Shown: positions 41,401 to 54,206 of the stretch, piece after piece | Layout of the letters: each line of letters begins with the position of its first letter | Position numbering within the stretch: position 1 is the first letter of the stretch | Origin: Macrostomum lignano | Lineage: Eukaryota | Length of the DNA: 64,000 bases | Direction of reading: 5' to 3' | Assembly: GCA_002269645.1 (NCBI GenBank) | Contig: NIVC01003172.1 | Location: 50,705-114,704, forward strand | Notes under the pieces: generated by a model | Database searches by the model: none | The model's input: only the letters and a program-made list of their open reading frames with translations | Told to the model about the DNA's origin: nothing | Position numbers and translations under genes: made by a program

Positions 41401-44400
41401 CCGCCTCCTTCAGCGGCAGCTCCGACTCCAGCTGGGAGCGCCGTTCGCGCAGCCGGTCCGCCTCCTGCTCGGCGCGGGCGAATCGCTCCTGGAGCTCTTG
41501 AAGCTCCTGAGAAATTGAGAATGCAGCTTCTAATTGTATCGCCAGTCAATCAGCATAATCTATGATGAAGCTAAGAACTAATTAATCACGTCTGACACCC
41601 TCTTCCCCACTCAGTCTGACACCCTCTTCCCCACTCAGTCTGACACCTCTTCCCCACTCAGTCTTACACCCTCTTCCCCACTCAGTCTGACACCCTCTTC
41701 CCCACTCAGTCTGACACCCTCTTCCCCACTCTTTCTGACACCCTCTTCCCCACTCTTTCTGACACCTCTTCCCCACTCTTTCTGGCACCTCTTCCCCACT
41801 CTTTCTGACACCCTCTTCCCCACTCTTTCTGACACCTCTTCCCCACTCTTTCTGACACCTCTTCCCCACTCTTTCTGACACCTCTTCCCCACTCTTTCTG
41901 ACACCTCTTCCCCACTCTTTCTGACACTCTTCCCCACTCAGTCTGACACCTCTTCCCCACTCAGTCTGACACCTCTTCCCCACTCAAGTCTGACACCTCT
42001 TCCCCACTCAGTCTGACACCTCTTCCCCACTCTTTCTGACACCTCTTCCCCACTCTTTCTGACACCCTCTTCCCCACTCTTTCTGACACCTCTTCCCCAC
42101 TCTTTCTGACACCTCTTCCCCACTCAAGTCTGACACCCTCTTCTCCACCCGTCTGACACCCCGAGCCCAAATCTCCGCCCGAAACCGCACCTGCTGCAGC
42201 CGTTGCGCCGGCACAGCGCGCTCTTTCCAAACGCGCGCCTCCTCGGCAGCCAAGCGCGCCTTCTCCTCGGCCTGGGCCAGATCGCGTCGCTTCCTAATTA
42301 GCGAGGGCTGAACCAGCCGGTCAACAAAGTGTCCGCCATCTTTGCCATGCTGCAAGAAGAAAGCGTAGCCCTCCTCCATGGCGTGCAGAGTGTCGCCAAG
42401 GCTGGCGCCGCACTCGCCGGGCCGCTGCAACATCCGCTGGTACTGGGCGGCGCCGTCTTTGCGCTCGTCGAGCTTGTCGCAGAGATAATCGATCAGGCCG
42501 AGCACTAGCGGCCAGTTGTGCGGCGTGTTGGGCGAACTCAACACCTTTATAAAGAGTGCGGTTTAGAATACTTGATGAAAAATTACCGAATGACTATAGC
42601 GAATTCACTTCACAAGCTAGACAGTCTACAAGCTCGAAGCTTTCACAAGGTGGAAGATTTATTCACAAGTTCGAAGCTTCACACAAGCTTGAAGATTCAT
42701 TCACAAGCTCGAAGATTCATTCACAAGCTCGAAGATTCATTCACAAGCTCGAAGATACATCACAAGCTCGAAGATTCATTCACAAGCTCGAAGATACATC
42801 ACAAGCTCGAAGATTCATTCACAAGCTCGAAGCTTCACACAAGCTTGAAGATTCATTCACAAGCTCGAAGCTTCACACAAGCTCGAATATTCATACACAA
42901 GCTGATGCCTCACACAAGCTGAAAGATTCATTCAAAAGCTCGAAGATTCATTCACAAGCTCGAAGATTCATTCACAAGCTCGAAGATTCATCACAAGCTA
43001 GAAGATTCATTCACAAGCTCGAAGATTCATCACAAGCTCGAAGATTCATTCACAAGCTCGAAGCTTCACACAAGCTTGAAGATTCATTCACAAGCTCGAA
43101 GCTTCACACAAGCTTGAAGATTCATTCACAAGCTCGATGCTTCACACAAGCTCGAAGATTCCTTTACAAGCTCGAAGATTCATTCACAAGCTCGAAGATT
43201 CATCACAAGCTAGAAGATTCATTCACAAGCTCGAAGATTCATTCACAAGCTCGAAGATTCATTCACAAGCTCGATGCTTCACACAAGCTCGAAGATTCAT
43301 TCACAAGCTCGATGCTTCATTCACAAGCTGAAAGATTCATTCACAAGCTCGAAGATACATCACAAGCTCGAAGATTCATTCACAAGCTCGAAGATTCATT
43401 CACAAGCTCGAAGCTTCACACAAGCTTGAAGATTCATTCACAAGCTCGAAGCTTCACACAAGCTTGAAGATTCATTCACAAGCTCGAAGCTTCACACAAG
43501 CTTGAAGATTCATTCACAAGCTCGATGCTTTACACAAGCTCGAATATTCATACACAAGCTGATGCCTCACACAAGCTGAAAGATTCATTCAAAAGCTCGA
43601 AGATTCATTCACAAGCTCGAAGATTCATTCACAAGCTCGAAGATTCATTCACAAGCTCGAAGATTCATTCACAAGCTCGAAGCTTCACACAAGCTTGAAG
43701 ATTCATTCACAAGCTCGAAGATTCATTCACAAGCTCGAAGATTCATTCACAAGCTCGATGCTTTACACAAGCTCGAATATTCATACACAAGCTGATGCCT
43801 CACACAAGCTGAAAGATTCATTCAAAAGCTCGAAGATTCATTCACAAGCTCGAAGATTCATTCACAAGCTCGAAGATTCATTCACAAGCTCGAAGATTCA
43901 TCACAAGCTCGAAGATTCATTCACAAGCTCGAAGCTTCACACAAGCTTGAAGATTCATTCACAAGCTTGAAGATTCATTCACAAGCTCGAAGATTCATTC
44001 ACAAGCTCGAAGATTCATTCACAAGCTCGAAGATTCTTTCACAAGCTTGAAGATTCATTTACAAGCTCGAAGATTCATTCACAAGCTCGAAGCTTCACAC
44101 AAGCTTGAAGATTCATTCACAAGCTCGAAGATTCATTCACAAGCTTGAAGATTCATTCACAAGCTCAAAGCTTCACATAAGCAATCACCGTTAAACTTCT
44201 GACACTTATGCTGAACTTATTTGGAAACTCACCTGCTTGCTCAGCACATATGGATAGCCTAGATACTCAATTTTATTGTAAAGCTGCTCCGCCCGCTGCT
44301 TGCTATCGGCTGGTATGGATGAGAAAGACGACGACTGGCCTAAGTCAATAACGCCAGACACGAAGCCTTCAAGCACATTGTAGATCTCCTTCAGAGTCCA

Positions 44401-44661
44401 AATCGAGCCCGGCTTCAGTGAGCTGGTGCACAGTGCCTGCAGGCCAACCACTTCAATAAATGACTGGGCGCGAATAACCACAGCTTTCTGCCAGGTACGA
44501 TCTTTCAAGTTTCTGGTATCTTTCTCTGTCTGGCGCTTTCCAGGCGTTGCCACACTGCTGGGTAAGAAGCTGCTTTTGCGCTCGGTCAGGGTGCCATGGG
44601 GCCGGCTGCGGCGAGTGTTGGCATCAGATTGCTGAGGTCTGGGCAGTCCAGAGCGCTTCAT
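38416..44661 (-). CDS. NDC80: NDC80/HEC1 kinetochore protein, 646 aa; exons 44661-44233, 42544-42191, 41506-41312, 41049-40909, 39856-39557, 38937-38416
   Basis: MKRS start; KDTRNLKD, LGYPYVLSK and PHNWPLVLGLIDYL match the HEC1 CH domain (KDPRPLND, LGYPFALSK, PHTWP); long coiled coil; five GT-AG introns, all phase 0; length fits the family. Confidence 0.9.
38985..39525. repeat. 27-bp array (38985-39110) and 24-bp array GAATGACCCACTGCTCATAGAATT (39125-39525) in NDC80 intron 5
   Basis: Direct. Confidence 0.92.
39958..40885. repeat. 20-bp tandem repeat (CTGATCCCATTTCTTCCCAA) in NDC80 intron 4
   Basis: Direct. Confidence 0.96.
41590..42160. repeat. 23-24-bp tandem repeat (TCTGACACCTCTTCCCCACTCTT) in NDC80 intron 2
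   Basis: Direct. Confidence 0.95.
42605..44180. repeat. About 20-bp tandem repeat (CACAAGCTCGAAGATTCATT and variants) filling NDC80 intron 1
   Basis: Direct; higher-order blocks recur. Confidence 0.96.
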
Positions 44662-45745
44662 ACTGGCCAGTGCATATGTGTTTGAATTGGCTGAAGACAA
44701 ACAGGTGATCATAGTGCCTGGATACAATTTTTGTTTATATGGGGTGCCTGCACACATGTTTTGGCCATACAGCAACAACAAAAACAAAGGGGTATTGGAA
44801 TATATGACAATGAGACAAAGAAAATGAATGAACCAAAAGGGGGGGCATTTCACAAAATCCTCCTAAGACTGAATCTACAGTTCCAAGTTTATGGTCAAAC
44901 TTTGGACCTGTTCCAAGTTCTGTTGGAGATAGCATTAGATAATTAAGCAACAACAATAAAGCTAACAACAATAAAATTATTATGAAAATAATTATCAATG
45001 CTAGCCTAACAAATAATAATAATATCACATAAAATCTAGGCTCATTTATTATGCAACTTTCAACTTAGGACAATTCTAGATGTGTCCCTAAAGATACGAG
45101 TAACATGGAAAGTTTTTACCATACACTTTGTCTTTGTGAAATGCCTTAGGCTATTTGTAAGTTCCAAACAAAGAATACTGAGGGAACTGAGCTCATTCAT
45201 TGAAAAAGAATACTTTCATTCTTTGGTTCCAACATATATGATAGATCCCCATATAATGGAATAAGTTGTATCCTAGCTAAAACTCAGTCTTATTTCTGTG
45301 GAACATTATATTCTTGAGCTACTGACAAAGAATAAACTCTTAAGAATTGGGACTGAAAAAACTACAAGCATCAATGTTGATAACTATCTTCTCTGACCTA
45401 TTTTACTGTTTTGTCTGGCTTGCTGAAATTGTAGCTAAAAAATTAAATTCATAGAGCCCTTGGCTCCCAATAAGTTTAAAACACAGTCATGAAGCCATTG
45501 GGTTAGGCTATTTAAACCAATGGCTTGGTCATTATATTATATCTACTGACTAGGCCTACTGATCTACAATATTGATATACATATATAATATAATTGTTAT
45601 ATTTTATTTACATTTTTGATTTTATAATATGCAAAAATTGATTTAATAAAAATTAACTTGACAATTGACATACACATAATAAAGACAAAGTTGAAGTAGA
45701 CATATATTATTGAGGATATTAAGGTCATGACATTGAGGTACAAAT

Positions 45746-46745
45746 GGTATCCAGTCAATTCCAGACAAGACGATCCGGCTACAGACAATCCGGCGACAGT
45801 CATGGCTTTCATTATCTATGCGGGTCCAATCCGGCGACAGACGATCCGGCGACAGATATTAAATCAAGATATATCAGCATATAGTTACGCTATTATTTTT
45901 AGCTCTTTATTATTACTTAGTAATAATTAAATAACTAAATAACAATTACCTGAACTATAATTTTTGCAGTTTTATTTTTACAGCTGTACATAGCTGTTGA
46001 TTTTCAAAATGTTATTTTCAAAGAAAGGTTGTGTTTCGCCGGCTGATTTTTCTGGATCGTTTTAGCTAATTTCTAGATTAATTTCTTTCTGAATACAATT
46101 TTATCAGTTAAATCTGCTTGGAAATCAAATTTGTATGACTATGATCCAATATTATATTCTACACTATTTGCTTTTCCGCAAGTACATGTAAATATAAACC
46201 CCATTTGCCAATCTGAACACAACTGAACATTGAACACTGAATATATTTCACATTTTAAAACATTGAGATGGATGATTAATGTTTTGTAATCATTTTTTTT
46301 TCTTTTTTTAAAATTGTCACTTACTTTTAAGCATGAGTGATCACGATCAGTGGTTACATTAGGTGCAGAAAAGTCATGAATGATTGAATATTTTGATCTC
46401 TAATGTATGTACATGTATCTCCAATAACATTTCAGCCTCGACAGTCTGCTAGTATCTGTCCCCACTGTCTATATATTTTTATAGGGGTAGCTTTTTTGAA
46501 AATGACATTTTGAAAATCAACAGCTATAAGTATAGCAGTAATAACTGCAACAATTGTAGTTTAAGTAATTGTTATTAAAGTATTTAAGTACAAGTACAAA
46601 ATAGCTAAAAATAGTAGCTCAACTAATCCGTATATATGCTAATATATGTTGATTTAATATCTGTCACCAGATCGTCTGTCGCCGGATTGACTGTCACCAG
46701 ATTGTTTGTCGCCAGATTGTCTTGTCGCCGGATTGTCTGGAAGCC
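45746..46745. mobile_element. Non-autonomous Mutator-like (MULE) foldback element, 1000 bp
   Basis: Perfect 9-bp TSD GGTACAAAT (45737-45745 / 46746-46754); termini GGTATCCAG / GGCTTCCAG; about 250-280-bp imperfect TIRs with repeated ATCCGGCGACA motifs; an extra terminal fragment at 46924-46968. Confidence 0.8.
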
Positions 46746-47394
46746 GGTACAAATGATTTTTTAACTAGATATTAAATATGTAATATACAAAAGGAGTAGG
46801 CCACTAGGTACAAATAATAAAGGCGCATGACTAAGACTGCCACACACTAAGACCACCACAGCTATTACTGGCTACTGGTATTAAGGGGGAGCTACCAATC
46901 TTCTAGCATTGCTATTCCTCTTAGGCTTCCAGACAATCTGGCGACAAGATGATCCGGCAACAGACAAGTAACGTTAAAGTTCAATCAAAAGTTTAAGAAA
47001 AGAATAGTCTTGTGCAAATGAATACGAACTAAGAAGCTTGTATTAGCTCAATATTCTTTGGTTGAATGCTACTTTTGTTTTTTGTTTATGGTCAAAAAGT
47101 AAGTGCTCAGGGAATCAAGATTTAAGCTTCACTTTTTGAATGACACTGGCATTCTATATATTAGCTCAGTATTCTGTGACTTAAATAGGATTTTAAGTTT
47201 GGTAGGCCCTATTGGCCCTATTTTTTAAGCTAGACCTAGGCCTATAGGCTAAGTCAAATAGCTATTAGACTTGAAATCACTATCTATTTGCATTTCAAGA
47301 GGTTTTATATGCCTTCTTTACTAAAATTTCAATGCCAAATACCTATACCATGGGTAAAGAATAAATATATTTTAAGATATATTATCTAGTTAGA

Positions 47395-48590
47395 GAGGTA
47401 TCTAGCTTTCTTAGCTAGTATCTGGCTTTTTAGCTAGCATCTGGCTTCTTTAGCTAGCATCTGGTTTCTCTAGCTCGCATCTGGCTTCTAGGCTTTTTTT
47501 TGTGCACAGTATGCATATGCACCTTAAATTTTAAATCACATCCTGAAATTGAAAAGTGGATGCGGTTTAGGTGCATTCTCATCATACATGCGCAACAGTC
47601 GGCCGAGTCGGCCGATCCGGCCGACCGATTTGGCGGCCAATCAAGGAAGTCGCAAAAATGCCCACCCAAAAATAACCTAAAGAGTAGTACTAAGTAGCTG
47701 ACGAGGCATTTTAGCTTAATAAAACAGTCATAGTTACTCCTGCCGTTTACCCAAAGTTGCGTTAATTTTGCTTTCGGGTTTTTTTAAATGTAAGTCGCAT
47801 TTTTGGCCAAAAACTACGTCGCATTTTTGTTAAAACTAAGTCGCACGGCTGACCGAATTTTGGAGGTTGCACATGTATGATTCTCATAACCTATTTTTCC
47901 ATTGAAGCCTTATTTGTACTGCTTTAAGAATAAAAAAAAGAGAAATTGCACTTAAAGCCTTAAAATTGAGCATAGGGTGCAATTTTGCACCTTGTCTCTG
48001 GTGAAAAATAAAACACTATGTGGCTTCTCTAGCTAGATGACTTTTCTGGCTAGCATCTGGCTTCTCCAGCTAGCATCTGGTTTTTCTAGCTAGTATCTGT
48101 CTTCTCTAGCTAGCATCTGTCTTCTCTAGCTAGCATCTGGCTTCTTTAGCTAGCATCTGGTTTTTTTAGCTAGCATCTGGCTTCTCTAGCTAGTATCTGG
48201 CTTCTCTAGCTAGTATCTTGTTTCTCTAGCTAGCATCTGGCTTCTTTAGCTAGCATCTGGCTTCTCTAGCTAGCATCTGGTTTCTCTAGCTAGAATCTGG
48301 CTTCTCTAGCTAGCATCTGGTTTCTCTAGCTAGCATCTGGCTTCTCTAGCTAGCATCTGGTTTCTCTAGCTAGCATCTGGTTTCTCTAGCTAGCATCTGG
48401 CTTCTCTAGCTAGCATCTGGTTTCTCTAGCTAGCATCTGTCTTCTCTAGCTAGCCTCTATCTTCTCTAGCTAGCATCTGGTTTCTCTAGCTAGCATCTGG
48501 CTTCTCTAGCTAGCATCTGGTTTCTCTAGCTAGCATCTGGCTTCTCTAGCTAGCATCTGGTTTCTCTAGCTAGCATCTGGTTTCTCTACT
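47395..48590. repeat. 20-bp repeat CTAGCTAGCATCTGGCTTCT in two arrays (47395-47490, 48022-48590)
   Basis: Direct. Confidence 0.93.
47689..47752 (-). pseudogene. Isolated 64-bp fragment resembling 28S rRNA (helix 69-71 region)
   Basis: Minus strand GGGTAAACGGCAGGAGTAACTATGACTG...AAATGCCTCGTCAGCTACTTAGT aligns ungapped (51/64 by my count) to the remembered conserved eukaryotic LSU segment GGGTAAACGGCGGGAGTAACTATGACTCTCTTAAGGTAGCCAAATGCCTCGTCATCTAATTAGT. Confidence 0.7.
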
Positions 48591-48710
48591 TAGAGAAGTC
48601 CATGCTTCTTGTACCCATAAATCCAGACCTCTTTCTATCCTAGGTGCGTATTCCCTCCCCCAGCCCCATTCTAGAGAGTGAGTTTACATACAAGTTGCAT
48701 GATGTCTATG

Positions 48711-49057
48711 GGGGGGTCATAGCCTAGTGGTCTAGCGTGGCGCTCTGATGTACCAGCGGCCCAGGCTCGATTCCAAGTGCAGTCACATTAATTTAGGGCT
48801 GAATTGGAATCTTGGCTTGGTTCTGCTCAGTGCAATTCACGCCCTTGATGGTTAACCCCCAAAAATCACAATGAAGTAAATAAAGTTAGGGCCGCTGTAC
48901 ATTCATGTGTGTGTGCTTGTGCTTATGACTGTGTACGTATCCGCGCACTTGTTTGCCTGCTCAGGGAGTCTGCTGAATGGGCAGTAATGCCTCTCGCTGG
49001 TTGTGTGAACAAAGTCGCTTAAAGTGCGCCAGTGTGCACACAGCCTCTAATAAAAAA
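48711..49057 (+). mobile_element. tRNA-derived SINE, about 350 bp
   Basis: A-box TAGCCTAGTGG (48720-48730), B-box GGCTCGATTCC (48764-48774), A-rich tail, 15-bp TSD TGCAT(G/A)ATGTCTATG (48696-48710 / 49058-49072). Confidence 0.8.
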
Positions 49058-49208
49058 TGCATAATGTCTATGCCCCAAACCAATGTTTTACTTTGATTGC
49101 TCCTAGTCTTAGCCAGAGTAAAAAGGCAATCACTATAGAGAGGAATTTGAAGCTGTTATTTAGTCTTGCACTTTATCAAACTTCAGCGCCCCCCATCCCG
49201 CTACTACG

Positions 49209-52200
49209 ATGAGTTTTGGAAGGCGCAACAACTTCATGGATCCAAACTTCGATGGTCGTCGAGGTCGTCAGATGACTTCGCCAAAAGCGTCAGCTCTGCC
49301 TGGCGGCCCAGCGGGCCCTGCCGAAGGATTCAACGATAATGTGCCGAACGGATTGTTGAAGACAGCTAAGCAGACTGGAGTGCTGAATCTTTCTAATAAA
49401 GATTTGTCTCATGTGCCCGATAAAGTGTGGCAGGTGAGTTGCTGGTCTTTTGGCCTCTAGCTGGCTAGTTTCTTGCCAAGAGGGGGAGATTCTCCCCAAG
49501 TCCGCCACTATAGCAATGAGATTCTCCCCAAACCCACCACTATAGCAATGAGATTCTCCCCAAGTCCGCCACTAAAGCAATGAGATTCTCCCCAAGTCCA
49601 TCACTATAGCAATGAGATTCTCCCCAAGTCCACCACTATAGCAATGAGATTCTCCCCAAGTCCACCACTATAGCAATGAGATTCTCCCCAAGTCCATCAC
49701 TATAGCAATGAGATTCTCCCCAAGTCCACCACTATAGCAATGAGATTCTCCCCAAGTCCACCACTATAGCAATGAGATTCTCCCCAAGTCCATCACTATA
49801 GCAATGAGATTCTCCCCAAGTCCATCACTATAGCAATGAGATTCTCCCCAAGTCCGCCACTAAAGCAATGAGACTCTCCCCAAGTCCATCACTATAGCAA
49901 TGAGATTCTCCCCAAGTCCATCACTATAGCAATGAGATTCTCCCCAAGTCCACCACTATAGCAATGAGATTCTCCCCAAGTCCACCACTATAGCAATGAG
50001 ATTCTCCCCAAGTCCGCCACTAAAGCAATGAGATTCTCCCCAAGTCCGCCACTAAAGCAATGAGATTCTCCCCAAGTCCGCCACTAAAGCAATGAGATTC
50101 TCCCCAAGTCCGCCACTAAAGCAATGAGATTCTCCCCAAGTCCATCACTATAGCAATGAGATTCTCCCCAAGTCCATCACTATAGCAATGAGATTCTCCC
50201 CAAACCCGCCACTAAAGCAATGAGATTCTCCCCAAGTCCGCCACTAAAGCAATGAGATTCTCCCCAAGTCCACCACTATATCAATGAGATTCTCCCCAAG
50301 TCCGCCACTAAAGCAATGAGATTCTCCCCAAACCCGCCACTAAAGCAATGAGACTCTCCCCAAGTCCGCCACTAAAGCAATGAGATTCTCCCCAAGTCCG
50401 CCACTAAAGCAATGAGATTCTCCCCATATCCATCACTGTAGCAATGAGATTCTCCCCAAATCCATCACTATAGCAATGAGATTCTCCCTAAGTCCGCCAC
50501 TAAAGCAATGAGATTCTCCCCGATCCGCCTCTACATTGGTTGAACTTCAAGTCACAGCGCAGTCCCAGAAGCCCCACCTGCAACCCACTTGGCAGCTGGC
50601 CAACAGCGCGGACGCCTCCCCAGCCGACATCGCACTGGACAGATCCGGGGACAACGGGCCGCGCTGGTGGGAGGTCGCAGAGCTGACGAAGCTCTACCTG
50701 TCAGCCAACAGGCTGGAGTCTCTGTCCGAGTCCATCGTCAAGTTTCCCCATCTGGCAGTTGTCGATGTCCGGGACAACCGGCTGATCCGCCTGCCTGACG
50801 CCGTCGGGCAGCTCGCCGAGCTGCGCAGCCTCAACGCCTCGAAGAATCGGCTGATCGAGTTGCCGCCCAGCCTGGCCGCCAGCGGCTCCCTTGTCCAACT
50901 GAGCGTCTCGGCCAACTGCCTGTCTGAATTGCCGCCGGACATTGGCCGGCTGGACAGTCTGTCCGAGTTGGACATTGCGGACAATCAGCTGACCGGCCTG
51001 CCGGACAGTATCGCCATGCTGCGCTGCCTCCGCTGTCTGGAGGCCGGCGGCAACCGGATTGACAGCCTGCCAGCTGGGGTGGCCTATCTGCCGGCCTTGA
51101 GTCGCCTTGGCCTGGCCGGCAACCGGCTCGAGCACCTGCCAGGCGGCCTCTATCCGGCTCTGGAGGTGCTGGACCTGTCCGACAATCAGCTGACCGACCT
51201 GCCGCCAATTGGAGCCGATCCAGATTCGCCAGCCAAGCTCAAGGAGTTGCACCTGGTTAATAACAGGATTAGCCGGCTGTTGCCAGACAGGCTCCGTCCG
51301 CTGGGCGTCAGCCTTCGCCATCTGGATCTGAAGCGCAACTGCCTGTCTGAACTGCCCGTCGAGTTGGCTGGGTTGCTGCCTCTGCTTGAGCGATTGGACC
51401 TCACTAATAACGATTTGAGCAGCCTGCCAAACGAGCTCGGCCTGCTCACTGGGCTGAAGTGCATCCTGCTGGACGGCAATCCGCTTCGAGCCCTGCGTCG
51501 CGAAGTTGTTGCCAGGGGCACTGAGGCCATCAAAAAGCATCTGGCTTCGCGCATCGCCCAGCCCGCGGCTGCCGAGGCCGCCGTTGACGCCGCAGCCGCC
51601 GTTGCCGCCGCCGCCGCTGCCGCCGTCGCTTCTGGCGGCTCCGCTACGGAAGTCGCCGCAGCTGCGTCCGCCTGTAGTAAAAAAATCAGCAAAAAGGACC
51701 CGGCCCCCAAAACTGCTCTGCAGGTGAGGTGAACTGAAGCAAATCCTCATTGGGAGTCAGTCTGTCTCAGAAACCCCCATTGAGAGTCAGTCTGTCTCAG
51801 AAACCCCCATTGAGAGTCAGTCTGTCTCAGAAATCCCCATTGAGAGTCAGTCTGTCTCAGAAATTCCCATTGAGAGTCAGTCTGTCTCAGAAACCCCCAT
51901 TGAGAGTCAGTATGTCTCAGAAATCCCCATTGAGAGTCAGTCTGTCTCAGAAACCCCCATTGAGAGTCAGTATGTCTCAGAAATCCCCATTGAGAGTCAG
52001 TCTGTCTCAGAAATCCCCATTGAGAGTCAGTCTGTCTCAGAAATCCCCATTGAGAGTCAGTCTGTCTCAGAAATCCCCATTGAGAGTCAGTCTGTCTCAG
52101 AAATCCCATTGAGAGTCAGTCTGTCTCAGAAATCCCCATTGAGAGTCAGTCTGTCTCAGAAATCCCCATGAAGAATCGAACCCGTCCCGAACCCGCAGGC

Positions 52201-52549
52201 CCTGCAACAGCAGTTCGGCCTGGATCTGGGCGAGCTGCGCGTCACCGGCAGTTTAAAATATGCCGACAAGCGAGTAGCGGAAGTGCCGGAACCGCTGCTC
52301 GAACTGTTGGCCAACAACTCGGAGACTGGCGTCAGCGTGACCCGGATTGACCTCTCCGGCAACGAGTTGGCTGGACTGCCCGAGCGGCTGGCGAAGCCGC
52401 CGTTCGCCGACAGCCTCCTGGAGGTGTCGCTTCGCAAGAATTGCCTGGTTGGTCAGCTGGACGCCGGAGTGGCTCAACTGGCTTCACTGACGGTGAGTCT
52501 GGGCGTTGGGCTGGTGGGGGCCTGTCTACTACTACTACTACTACTACTG

Positions 52550-52597
<48 letters not shown>

Positions 52598-53028
52598 ATA
52601 CTAATACTAATACTACTACTACTACTACTACTGCTCATTTGCAGGTATTAGATCTGTCAGTCAACCAGCTCACCAGCCTACCCATGGAGGTGTCCCAGCT
52701 CAAGCAGCTACAGAATCTCGTGCTGTCCTACAATCGCATAGCAGAATTTCCCGAGCCGCTGTACAGTCTGCCCCGCCTGGAAACCGTCCTATTGGCTAAT
52801 AACTGCATCGCGACTTTGCAGCCGGACAGACTGCGCGGCATGAGCAGGTTGGCCACGCTGGATCTGACCAATAACAGCTTGGCTACGGTGCCTCCCCAGC
52901 TGGGCCTGTGCACCAACCTGCGCAATCTGCACCTGGAGGGAAACCGGTTTCGGGTGCCGCGGCCCGATCAGCTGGCCAAGGGCACCGCTTTTGTGCTAGA
53001 ATACCTGCGCAATAGGATTGCCGGTTAG
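49209..53028 (+). CDS. LRRC40: Leucine-rich repeat protein LRRC40, about 676 aa; exons 49209-49433, 50596-51723, 52199-52492, 52645-53028
   Basis: VPNGLLKTAKQTGVLNLSN, RWWEVAELTKL, GNPLRALRREVVARGT and C-terminal GNRFRVPR...KGTAFVLEYLRNRI match LRRC40; GT-AG, phase-0 introns. Confidence 0.9.
49488..50522. repeat. 32-bp tandem repeat (CACTATAGCAATGAGATTCTCCCCAAGTCCAC) in LRRC40 intron 1
   Basis: Direct. Confidence 0.97.
51745..52168. repeat. 30-bp tandem repeat (CCCCATTGAGAGTCAGTCTGTCTCAGAAAT) in LRRC40 intron 2
   Basis: Direct, about 14 copies. Confidence 0.97.
52524..52633. repeat. (CTA)n microsatellite in LRRC40 intron 3
   Basis: Direct. Confidence 0.97.
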
Positions 53029-53531
53029 AATTGGATTTGATTACAGATTTAGTGCGCTATGATTACTACTCGAATAAGTAGTTTACAGCTTAGCATTATT
53101 GCAATTCAAAATGAGATTAATAATTTGAGCATTTTTATTTTCAAGCAAAGACTTTGCTTAGGTGCACAGAGATGTCAATATCGAGATAATAGCTTCATTT
53201 TTAAGGTTTCACTTACCCGTGAATGCGACGGTGTCCGTTGACTGTTCTGTACCAGTGCTCTGTGTATTAAGCATTCATGTCACACAGCATTGTCACAGGT
53301 AACAAATAAATGCTTGTAAAAGTGCCTGCTTGTGTGCTCAATTTTCCTTTTTTTAATGCATACAAATTATACAGTTTAATATTGATTTCTTGATTTACGT
53401 TGCATAAATTCCATTCAGTGAGGGGCAAAGAAAACAGTAAGCGAACAGGTGGCGCAAACGAGGCCGGAACCGGCAAAGTACTTTATTTTTAGTACCGAAA
53501 CTGTCGCTCTCTCTCCTCGCATTTTGGAGAC

Positions 53532-54133
53532 TTTGGCTCGCACACTGAAGCCAGGACAAAACAGATAATGATGGCGTTCACGCTAATAATTCGGAGTTTT
53601 AGGATCCGAGAATAAAACAATTTGACAGCTATTGGATTTGCGATTTAGTCCAGTGACTGGGTTGGCTTAGAAATTAAGATTAATTATGAGCAGATTGAAT
53701 ACATTGAATGAATGGTGGGTCAGGCTTGAGAATACCAATTTGGTTTGATTGCAGTGCAGATAATCGTAAATCACAGGGTATTCAGAGGCTAAACAGGTTC
53801 GGGATACAGCATAGCTACGAGCGTACTTCTTATCTGACTCTGAAAATCCAAGTAGAGAAACATCTCGCTGCTGACTGAACTGCGAGCTCACTGGATCAGC
53901 CACTGCTGTGCAGATACCGCGAGGACAGCCGGAGCGCAAACCAGACAGTTCCAGCACTGAGCCACGCCAGATCCACATTTAGTTGAGCTGACGATTTCGC
54001 CTGCGTCGAGTTTCGAGGCGACGACTTGGCCGTGGAATTTTTTTGGTTGTTCACCAAATGCTGCGCCACAGTCGTTTGGGGTGAGTTGTGCGGAGTCTTA
54101 TAGTCGGTTAGTTCGCACCATCGCTTTTTGTCT
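53532..54133 (-). pseudogene. Diverged partial duplicate of the CLCA-like gene 3' end (last about 75 codons plus downstream sequence)
   Basis: Colinear with 56057-56653 (NSTAKSSPRNSTQ.KSSAQLNVDLAWLSAGTV); diverges in frame near the stop and ends at a (CT)n tract. Confidence 0.85.
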
Positions 54134-54162
54134 TTAGTGACTAGCTTACGAGACATACTCGA

Positions 54163-54164
<2 letters not shown>

Positions 54165-54206
<42 letters not shown>

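Noticed and set aside
42556-43970. 303-aa and shorter plus-strand ORFs
   Set aside because: Translations of the NDC80 intron-1 array.
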